Assembly: GCF_006345805.1 (NCBI RefSeq)
Contig: NC_043007.1
Coordinates: 21,018,001 to 21,082,000, forward strand
Reading direction: 5' to 3'
Source of the DNA: Octopus sinensis
Lineage: Eukaryota
Length of the DNA: 64,000 bases
This document shows, one piece after another, positions 1 through 10,252 of the stretch (position 1 is the first letter of the stretch; each line of letters begins with the position of its first letter). Under the pieces are notes generated by a model, which was given only the letters and a program-made list of their open reading frames with translations, made no database searches and was not told the origin of the DNA. Made by a program: the position numbers and the translations under genes.

Positions 1-210
1 ATATATATATATGCTATATATATATATATTATACATATTTATATACATAGATATTACATATGCTTTATATATATTTATACTTTATATATTATATATGCAA
101 TATATATACAAGTATATATGTTATATAAGCTATCTCTCTCTCTCTCTCTTTCTCTCTATATATATATACATATATATATATACATACATATATATATATA
201 CATACATATG

Positions 211-255
<45 letters not shown>

Positions 256-470
256 ATATGTATAAAATCAATATAAACAGCAGTTTGCAGTGTTTCACCA
301 ACAAGGAGAATTATGATTGTCACTAAATGTGACTTGGGTGTTTAAGAAACACCTACATTGCAAATAACAAGAGCCTGACTACAGCATTAGAGCATTTTAG
401 CTCCTATTTCTAGCAATGTAGAGTGTTTCTAACACCCTACTCACATTCAGTAACAATACACACACACATA

Positions 471-539
<69 letters not shown>

Positions 540-545
540 ATGTAT
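1..545. repeat. (TA)n/(CA)n/(TG)n/(CT)n microsatellite mosaics (1-265, 455-545)
   Basis: Visible dinucleotide runs. Confidence 0.95.
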
Positions 546-897
546 ATATATTATATGCTTACTCTGGTATTCTTTAATATTCTTCATAAATTCCCTCAAA
601 TTATGTTCACCTCTACACAAATGAAACCGTTTCTGCTTATTTCTAGCAATCAAATCATCCACATCACAAAACAAAATGTTCCCACATTTCACCAACTTTT
701 GCTCTTCGTTGATCACGACTTATTCTTCAAAAACAATTAAATTCAATTAATTAATTAATAATATCATAAATTCATTAGGAGAGTCATGTAAGAAAAATAA
801 CAAACACCATCAAAGTACCTACAAGAAACTTCTAAAAGGATTCAAAATTAAAAGAATTCTGTGTTAGGTGTCATGTTTAGTTTTTAAATATTTTCCC

Positions 898-909
898 TTA
901 TTATTATTA

Positions 910-946
<37 letters not shown>

Positions 947-1250
947 TATTATTATCATTATTATTATTACTGTTATTATTATTACTATTATTATTGTTAT
1001 CATTATTATTACTATTATTATTATTACTATTATCATTACTATTATTATTATTACTATTATCATTATCATTACTATTATTATTATTATTGTTATTATTATC
1101 ATCATTATTATTACTATTATTATTATTGTTATTATTATCATTATCATTATTATTACTATTATTATTATTATTACTATTATCATTATTATTACTATTATTA
1201 TTGTTATTACTATTATTATTACTATTGTTATTATTATTATTATTGTTGTT
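898..1250. repeat. (ATT)n-based degenerate trinucleotide microsatellite
   Basis: Visible; accounts for the poly-Leu/Ile ORFs. Confidence 0.95.
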
Positions 1251-1494
1251 GTTCTTGGTGTAGAGGGTGTCTTTTTTTTAACTCGAATTTTAGAAAGGAT
1301 ATGTAAAAAAAAATCTGAAGTGTAAAATGAATAGAAAACAAAAAAAAGTAAAGATTTATAATAATAATAATAATAATAATATTGATAACAATATATGATA
1401 TCTAGGTGTATGTAGAAGGAGGATATTGCCATATTTCCGGAAATAGCTTGGAAGAACAGAGAGAAAGGCAAAGATGGTTGACAAAAATACACTT

Positions 1495-1748
1495 ATGTGT
1501 GTGTGTGTGTATACATATGTATATTTATAGACTGAATTAGGTGTGTGTGTGGGGGGGGTATATTATTATAGTTTAGGGTTGTTGTTTTCTTGACTTCATA
1601 AAGTACATTTCGACATTGCTGCCAATGTATATATATATACATGCATATATATACATATATATATATATATGTATATACGTATATATATATTATATATATA
1701 TATATGTGTATACATATATATATACATGCATATATATACATATATATG

Positions 1749-1811
<63 letters not shown>

Positions 1812-1812
1812 C

Positions 1813-1851
<39 letters not shown>

Positions 1852-1950
1852 GTATATATATATATGTATATATATATGTGTAGATATATGTATATATATA
1901 TGTGTAGATATATGTATATATATGTGTGTGTGTATATATATATATATTAT
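1495..1950. repeat. (TG)n/(TA)n microsatellite mosaic
   Basis: Visible. Confidence 0.95.
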
Positions 1951-4649
1951 TTGATCAAATTATATCGATATTTCTTCAAATTGTTCTGCTGTCTTGAGAC
2001 AAAAACCACAAATAAAAGAAATTCAAAGGAAGAGCAAATGCCTGCTGCTCTTTTGTAAATGAATGTTATTATATGGTGAACGGAAATAAAAGTCACAGGA
2101 AAAAATGTCACAGTTTATTTTTTTTTAAATACTTATATTAAATGATTATGGTTAAGAAGTAATTTAAACAACATTTTAAGTCGCTTATTATTATTATTTA
2201 ACTGGCAAATAACACATGACTAGTTATACACAATGATAATAAACACCACATTTTTTTATGTATAATAATATATAATGGACATTACACGTATACGAAAAAA
2301 ATCACGTTTTATTCAATATTTTAAATAAAACAATGAAACCAAAGAAATATATGGAAAAAGCATTAATATCAGTCATTTTTATGGAAGTTTTCCTGTGACT
2401 TTTTTTTCCTGGATTCGAATATGTGAATCACAGAAGCAATTTTTATAATGAAGCTGGAAACAGCAGTAAATTGTTCTGGGCTGTCAACGACTCAAATTTC
2501 TGAACAGAACAAAACAGAGGAGTGGAGGGACAGCAATAATTCTTAAAATACCCTACAAGACGAGCAATAAATATTCTTCTTCCTCCCTTTTTATTGTATT
2601 TTATTGCTGTTTTTTCTCAACAGTCTCCATGAGAGAGAAATAGTGCAAACTACAGGCTTTTTTTTTTCTTCCCATTTTTCTTTCAGCCAAACTTGCAGAG
2701 ACAGACACACACAAAAACAAAAATTAAAGTCAGAACATATTGGTGTAGAAAAATCATACTTGTAAAACATGAAATGGCAATAGCATTTACTACTAGTTAA
2801 GTCATTCATTTTATAATGCATTCCAATGTTCAAATTTTATGGGAGGAAAATGAGGAAAGCTGTACAAAAAAACAACAGCTTCAGCATAATCTCCATTTTA
2901 GTTGGTAATAAGGGAAACGTAGAGGCTTTTAAGTCAGTATTTAAAACAATACTAAGTAGAAGTTGGGAACTATTATAAAAATTATCTGGGGTAATTGTTG
3001 TTGTAATTGCTATTTCTGAGCTTTCGTCTCAATTTGTAACATTAAATTAATCATTCCATAGCAAATAATGTAAGCAAGTAATTCTCTGCACTAATTCTCC
3101 CCATTAGTTAAGTTGGATCTTTCTTTCATTTGTCTACCCCTCTCCATATCGAATCATCATATACATTGATATATAAAAAGACAAAAGAATAGCTGAGATC
3201 ATTTCCAGGTTATATAGCTTAGAACATTTTTAAAATGTATCCATTCTCTATTCAAAAAAACGTATGATCATTTTTACAAGCAGAACTATACAAAACTCAA
3301 TGGTTTTAAACAATAAAGTTTTCGAAATCTGATCAGGTTTTTCCAAAATAAAAACGACTAAACAACTGGTTATTGAATGTAGAAATGAAGATTTTAATTG
3401 TGTTTGAAATATCTATGGAAGCCATCGAGCTAAGTGAAATATAGTTGAGCCAGCCGAATGCTTTATCAAGTTGTCTGTGAAGAGTTCTTTCCCTACAATT
3501 CACGGCAGCCATTTTGCTAGCAACTATCTCCACTCAGCCATTTAACAAGCCACATCGGGCAGCACTCAAAACTCTTCAAATATTCGGGGGCCTTGCCTTT
3601 TTATTTAATTAAACCTAAATGTTCTACAGCATTCTGTGTTCATGTTAAATCATTCTTAATTGCTAGAAATTAATTTCTTTCAAAAAAAAGAAAAAAGCCA
3701 TTAACACGAAGACACCACCGGACTTTGAATGAGTCACTAATTAAAGAGGTTTTCCCCCAAAAATAAATAATTGCAGAGAATCAGATAAATAGATGTGTTA
3801 AAAATAATGTTTTTCATGGCCGAATTCTCCCTAGTATAGGAATTCCGTCACCTTTACGGACACCAAATAACTCCCTATCTTTTTTCTTAGCTTAATTTTA
3901 CAAAATTTTTTAAAATGTCCTAATATGTGGGTGGCCTGGCATTTATCTTTAATTAATTGCTTTCCTACATTCCTACAATAAATGTTGGATTTCTATAGAT
4001 TAAAGAATACTGTGTTATGGGGAGGACACACTGACACACACATTCGATCGATGGATGACAAAACATGAATGGATAAATTTTGTAGACAAAGATGGATAAA
4101 AGAGATCAAAAAAAAACTAGGCCTAGTTTTGACTTATCACAGTTTTTTGTGAAATTACTTTTTATTGTAATTCAATTTTTCTTGGGGGGGTTGTTTTTTT
4201 TTTTGGCTCTTTTTAATTAAATATAAGAAATAGTTGAAAGAAAATAGATGATTCCTAAAAGGGAAAAAAAATAACATTTGTCTTTTTTTTTAAAGGTTTG
4301 TCTGTTCGTTAATCTAAGTCAAAAACGTAGAAACTTTTTTTAATTATTATTATTACAAGGAAGAAATATCCCCCATAGGATGTTCGTTGGTGGAACTGAA
4401 ATATTTTATTTAAAACAGGGGACCATTAGGGACCATTAGGGTGTCTGTCGGTGTCTAGGGGGGGACATCTTAAATGTGTTGGGTTTTTTTGTTAGCTGAT
4501 ATGTATCTACGAGTCTCCACGGGTACTTATACACTTCATTATGGATAATAAAGGCTTTAGTGCGCTGAATTGTTGTTCAGTTCCAAGTCTGATCAAACAG
4601 ACATGCCCCAAGACTACATCTAACTGTATCCTTTCCCTCCTTTAAGGCA

Positions 4650-4980
4650 ATGGGTGGTCTGTGACTTAAGGGGTATTTGGCTGGTGTTTCTAGCAGGTCG
4701 AGTGCCCACACAAGAGGACCTCGTAACAGGCTCTGCTGCCTGGTGGTCCTAAATTTTCCACGGGACTTTCACAATGTATATGTTTATCAAAGAATGGATC
4801 TCTACTACGGCTACTGACTGCTTCCGTAGTGAAATGTGTGTGGCTTTCGAAATCGTTCATGATGACCGACCATGTAAATTAGTCGAGAGCCTTCATGTGG
4901 TCGCTCGGTTTGCTAGAAATAGCAGCTAAAGCCAACCTCGAATCACACCCTGCTTATCTTTAAAAAAAAGAAACATAAAT
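4650..4980. mobile_element. Fragments of a dispersed repeat (family G, gctagaaatagcagccaaatc...caaatcacaccct); similar pieces at ~51540-51660, ~54825-54940 and ~63050-63140
   Basis: Recurrent motif within the window; class not determinable. Confidence 0.45.
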
Positions 4981-5489
4981 AGATAAATAAATAAATACAA
5001 AGCGTATTTATCCCTAAATATACTGTCTGTATAAAAGACAGGATGGCTGCAGCTAGAATAAACACCACAGAACATTTTACATGTTCGATCATAAGCCGAA
5101 CATGGCCGACTTGGAGCTGAACAACAATTGCTGCTCCCTCATAGAATGAAAAAAAAAAAAGGACAGTCTTTGAGTGATGATAGGACAATGGGACATGTGT
5201 TGTTTTTTATTGTTGCTGCTAAATAAAGGTCTGTCGCCATGGGAATGTTTATAGTTTGGTGGTGTTTTGTTGGTGGTGAACGTGGGTTGCTACGGAACGG
5301 TTCTTAAAGTGTTACGTTGCTCTTTGTTGGTGGTGGACGCAGGTTGCTATGGGCAATGTTGTTGCTTCTTCATGGAGCAGGTGTGAAACAAACCTAAAAA
5401 ACCACACACACACAGAGTCCACCACTTGTTTACCTTTAAAACACCTCATATGTATGTATATAATGTATGTGTATATATATATATATATA

Positions 5490-5586
5490 TACCATACAAA
5501 GGTAATAATTATTTAAACCTATAAATCAGGGTTTTGACTGCTATTTCAGTATGGTGGTATCTCTCAGATACCCTAATCTATAGCTT

Positions 5587-5671
<85 letters not shown>

Positions 5672-5812
5672 GTGTGTGTGTGTGTATATATATGTATGTA
5701 TATATATATGTATATGTATGTATGTATGTATGTATGTATATATATATGTACATCATCATATATGTATGTATGTACATATATATATATATATATATGTAGT
5801 ATGTATGTACAC

Positions 5813-5844
<32 letters not shown>

Positions 5845-5949
5845 GTATATATATATATATATATATGTATGTGTATATATATATATGTATGTGTATGTAT
5901 ATATATATATGTATGTATATATATATATGTATGTATATATATATGTATG

Positions 5950-6029
<80 letters not shown>

Positions 6030-6210
6030 GTGTGTGTGTGTGTATTTTAAACTATAGATTAGGGTATCTGAGATATACTACCATGCTGAAATAGCAGTCA
6101 AAACCCTAATTTATAGTTTGAAATAATTATTACCTTTGTATGGTATTTATTTCCATGCTGGCCACTTGATAAGATCGATATTTAAATAGCGATATTATCC
6201 TTATTTATAA

Positions 6211-6215
<5 letters not shown>
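5490..6215. mobile_element. Fold-back element (family E): ~100-bp inverted arms 5490-5589 / 6047-6145 around a TA/TG microsatellite core; probable Penelope-like terminal-repeat remnant
   Basis: The arms are reverse complements (about 90% by eye). The same sequence family recurs at 36770-37640 next to a hammerhead motif. Confidence 0.6.
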
Positions 6216-6253
<38 letters not shown>

Positions 6254-6679
6254 GATCAGATCAGACATGGAAGCAATTAATATTATTTCAGAAAGGGAAC
6301 TGTCAATTTTTCTTTCATTTTTGAGGCAACTGTTTTGGGTTTTTTTTTTTGCAAGGAATAATAAATAATAAAATTAAAACTCCAGCTTAACTAAATAAAT
6401 AAATATTTATTTTCTAGAGCAGGATTTTTTTCTTTTAGAAATGCAGAACGTGTTATTGAAGTATATAAGTTTTCTTTTTTTTTTTTAGGGTAGCAAATGA
6501 CCTACAAATACCTAAATGAAATAGATATATATTTTCTCCAAGTGTGAGCCCTGATATGAATAGCTGAAAAATAAACCTCTATTTTGGAGAAAGTCTAAAG
6601 ATCTTAGATGTGGACGGTTCGGTAAAATTGTCTTTTGTATCAATCAGTTTCATGAATGCAACTGAAATATTTCATGAAT

Positions 6680-6690
6680 AGTGAGAAATA

Positions 6691-6723
<33 letters not shown>

Positions 6724-6737
6724 GCAAATAAATAAAA

Positions 6738-6778
<41 letters not shown>

Positions 6779-6830
6779 TACATCATATATAAACATACAT
6801 ACATAGATATATGTATAATCACATTATATA

Positions 6831-6861
<31 letters not shown>

Positions 6862-6903
6862 CATATATATATTATATATATATATATCTATATATATATT
6901 ATA

Positions 6904-6945
<42 letters not shown>

Positions 6946-7330
6946 ATATATATATATATATTATATATATATATATATAATATATATATATATATATACA
7001 TATATTACATATATATATATATATATTATATATATATATATATAATATGTGAATATTATGTTTGTATATGTACATATATATATTCATGTATATATTATAT
7101 ATATATTATATATATATGTGTGTGTGTGTATATTATATATATATATATACATATGCACACACACACGAATGTGTATATGTTTGTGTGTGTGTGTGTAATA
7201 TATATATATATATATGCACACACACATGAACGTGTGTATATGTTTATGTATGTGAGTGTGTGTGTATGTATATATACATATATATACTTTATATATATAT
7301 ATATTCCTACATGTGTGTGTGTATCTAGAC
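6680..7330. repeat. (TA)n/(TG)n microsatellite mosaic downstream of the DYRK stop
   Basis: Visible. Confidence 0.9.
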
Positions 7331-7807
7331 ATATACAACAAAATGAACTTAAAAAGACATGAGACCTCGCATAAATAATGGGAAAAAAAAGGGTACAACC
7401 ATAAAAATGATTAATAAATAAATATCATTTTTTTTCTTAAATCACCAAAAAATAATCTTATTCACTGAGTGAGAGGGGGGTGGGGGTCGCAACTAATTAG
7501 GGTTATTCCAAAATGAATAAAAATAGAATTGATTAATCAACAAATTTAAATTAATCAACAGTTTTTTTATGTAATTTTACTGGGTTTTTTTTATAATTGA
7601 CATATTTTTTGGTTACTCTTTCTGCAAAAAGTCAACACAGTTAATAATAATAATTATTATTATAATTATAATAATAATGGTAATGGTAATGGTAATTAAT
7701 AATAAAAAGAAAAGTATAATTTACAAAATAATTATAGAAGTAATTAAAAAAAACCCACACATACATACACACACACTCAGGCAGGCATTCAAAGAAATCT
7801 ATGTCTG

Positions 7808-10252
7808 TTATAAAGTGGATCCTATTTGGGGCAGTTTTGTCCGCGAATTAAACTGGGACGATGTGATGACCACATCGTCCGGAATGATTTGCCTAGTTTT
7901 GTTCCCTGAACTGGTGCCGTTTGCAAGTTTTGGCACGGCACCGTTTCTATTGTTTCCCGTAGAGTTTCTACGATTCAAAGTACCAACATTTGTATTGGTA
8001 CCGTTGTTACCAATCGTTGCTATAGTGGTTGACATGCTGTTAGTGTCTCTGTTTTCATTCGGTGGTGGTTTCGGCAGCCTCCTGCGCAGCCAGGCGTGAC
8101 GAAGAGCCTGGCTGGGAGTCATCCGAGAATTTGGATCCCATTCCAAACACCGACGCATAAAGTCTAAAAATAGGGGATCATCACAACCTTTTAAAGCAGC
8201 CATGATCTCCTTGCTTCCCGGAGAACCTCGAGGTTTACCACGTCGCGACCTGCCACCGTTGATGACACTCGACCCGTCCGGGAGGGTACTTACTGTACAG
8301 TATCTTGGAAATCCTTTGGAGCTAATAAAATTACGAGCTCTTTTAGAATGGTCTAACAGTTTTTGCGGGGGCATTCCCAACATTTCTATGATACATGCTA
8401 GCTGGTCCCCTTCATCTTCACCTGGAAATAATGGGTAGCCCGTAAGAAGCTCGGCCAGGATACACCCGAGGCTCCATATATCAATAGGCATACCGTACTT
8501 ACCACCAAGGATGACCTCAGGAGCCCGATAGAAGCGAGACTGGATGTATGTATAGATCCTCTGGTGTTCATAGCAACTAGAACCAAAGTCTATGACTTTG
8601 ATCCCACTGCGGCCTTGTTGTTTCAGCAAAATATTTTCAGGTTTAAGGTCGCAGTGGATGATGCTGTTGTTATGAAGAGAGTCTAAACATTGTAAGATTG
8701 AATGCGCGAACTTGCGAACAAGCTGTAATGTAAATCCTTGAAATTTGTTCTTCTTGATTAACTCATATAGATTCATGCTTAGCAATTCGAATGTGATACA
8801 TATGTGGTTGCGAAACGTGAAATGTTCCAACATGTGGACAATATTCATGCTGTTGTCTCGATCTTGTTTTTTCAAATGTTCCAAGATTCGAATCTCTTCC
8901 TGTGCCTGTCGGTGGAACCTTTTTTCGTTGCGTACCATTTTCAAAGCAACATGTTGTTGTGCTTTGTGGTCGTAAGCCTTAACCACTTGTCCAAAGCTGC
9001 CCTTGCCGATAATCTTCAGAACTTCATAGCGATAAGCGATGTGATCGTGGGGGACGTGCAGGTAAGATCCGTTTTCGTCGTCGTATCCGTTGTTGTTGTT
9101 GCCACCGACAATACCTTGCCGTTTCTTCGCCGTGGGGCCAACAAAATAAACCTGGGGGTAGTTGAAGATCTCGTGATGCTCAAACGCACTGAGCTTGTTC
9201 ATATATTGCTTCATAGCCGATTCAGGAGATAAAGCATTGTTGTTGTTGGTGCCCACCCCGCCACCAAAAAGCCGTCGGTGATTCGAGGATGTTGTCGTCG
9301 TCGTCGTAGTAGAACTGTGATGGTGTTGCTGCTGTTGCTGTTGATGCTGGTGATTATGGTGGTGGTGGTGGTGGTGGTGGTGGTGGTTCGACGACAACAC
9401 CGACGGTATGCTGCTCACGTTGTTACTTATGGTGGAGCAGTTGAAGTGCGTGTCATGGCTGGAGATCACTTCGCTGTTGTTGCATTCTGGAGGGACATCG
9501 GCAGAGCCATCGAACACACTGACGCTGCTGCTCTTGTTGGATGCAGTGTTCGTGTGAGAGACTTTCGGATTAAAATTAGAAATAGCAGTAGTAGCAGTGG
9601 TAGTGCCGGTTGCAGTGGCAGCAGCAGCGATGAGGGCTGCTGTGATGCTGTGGCCACTGACCGAGCCTTTACTTTTACCTGTTAAGTTAGTGGCGTTAGC
9701 AACACTATTATTATTGTTCACTATGGCACCGGAACGGACAGTGGGCAATGTCGATTTGGGTTGGTGAGAATGAGCACGACAGCAGGTCTGGTGCGCCAAG
9801 TGAGGAGCGGAGTGTTGTTGATGCAATCGATGAGGTGGAAGCTGGTGAATGTGATGCTGATGGTGATAGAAATGCTGTGGCTGGTGTGGGACATGCAGAT
9901 GGTGGTGATGCAACAGAGGAGGACCGGTCAAATCGTTGTTGTTGTTGTAAGCACCGACATGGTTGATGGTGTTTGTTGTGGTGGTGGTAACGTCTGTGAA
10001 GGTGGTGCTACTAACGGCGATGGTGGTGCTACTGTTGGAAGCAAGTGGTGGCGATGATGACGACAAAAAGTGCAAAGGAAAACCTTCAGAAGGGTTGTTA
10101 CACTGATGGCCGGCCGTGGTGATGTTTGTGCTGATGGAGACGGCTCTGGTTCCAGGCGGACTGGTAGTGTTGACCGCTGGACGTACAGAATGAATTGGGA
10201 TAGTGGCTGTAATATTTCCGATTTTGTGGCTGTTGTCGATGCTGGTAGTGTG
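7808..10252 (-). CDS. DYRK2: Dual-specificity tyrosine-phosphorylation-regulated kinase, class II (DYRK2/3 orthologue): kinase-containing frame; catalytic domain about 8087-9028; no intron
   Basis: Translation shows [32 protein letters not shown] (NAPA region), YDDENGSY (DH box), [32 protein letters not shown] and [13 protein letters not shown] (activation-loop YxY), closely matching vertebrate DYRK2 as I recall it. The frame is open from the TAA at 10253-10255 to the TAA at 7808-7810. The ORF-track start at 10075 is TTG; the first ATG is at 9214. Confidence 0.95.
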   Translation of the reverse strand, partial: HTTSIDNSHKIGNITATIPIHSVRPAVNTTSPPGTRAVSISTNITTAGHQCNNPSEGFPLHFLSSSSPPLASNSSTTIAVSSTTFTDVTTTTTNTINHVGAYNNNNDLTGPPLLHHHHLHVPHQPQHFYHHQHHIHQLPPHRLHQQHSAPHLAHQTCCRAHSHQPKSTLPTVRSGAIVNNNNSVANATNLTGKSKGSVSGHSITAALIAAAATATGTTTATTAISNFNPKVSHTNTASNKSSSVSVFDGSADVPPECNNSEVISSHDTHFNCSTISNNVSSIPSVLSSNHHHHHHHHHHNHQHQQQQQQHHHSSTTTTTTTSSNHRRLFGGGVGTNNNNALSPESAMKQYMNKLSAFEHHEIFNYPQVYFVGPTAKKRQGIVGGNNNNGYDDENGSYLHVPHDHIAYRYEVLKIIGKGSFGQVVKAYDHKAQQHVALKMVRNEKRFHRQAQEEIRILEHLKKQDRDNSMNIVHMLEHFTFRNHICITFELLSMNLYELIKKNKFQGFTLQLVRKFAHSILQCLDSLHNNSIIHCDLKPENILLKQQGRSGIKVIDFGSSCYEHQRIYTYIQSRFYRAPEVILGGKYGMPIDIWSLGCILAELLTGYPLFPGEDEGDQLACIIEMLGMPPQKLLDHSKRARNFISSKGFPRYCTVSTLPDGSSVINGGRSRRGKPRGSPGSKEIMAALKGCDDPLFLDFMRRCLEWDPNSRMTPSQALRHAWLRRRLPKPPPNENRDTNSMSTTIATIGNNGTNTNVGTLNRRNSTGNNRNGAVPKLANGTSSGNKTRQIIPDDVVITSSQFNSRTKLPQIGSTL

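Noticed and set aside
3333-3533. 66-aa minus-strand ORF with an AAAATGGCTGCC (YY1/Kozak-like) motif in CpG-richer unique DNA
   Set aside because: It is short, has no recognisable domain or splice support, and a single motif is not enough.
1-7400. Many Tyr/Ile/His/Thr/Val/Cys-rich ORFs here and at 25-26, 33-34, 43-44, 53 and 56 kb
   Set aside because: They are translations of (TA)n, (CA)n and (CATA)n microsatellites.
9212-9214. Treating the first in-frame ATG (468-aa product) as the definitive DYRK2 start
   Set aside because: It is possible, but it lies inside the conserved [10 protein letters not shown] block and leaves about 345 open codons upstream unexplained, so it is not adopted without transcript data.
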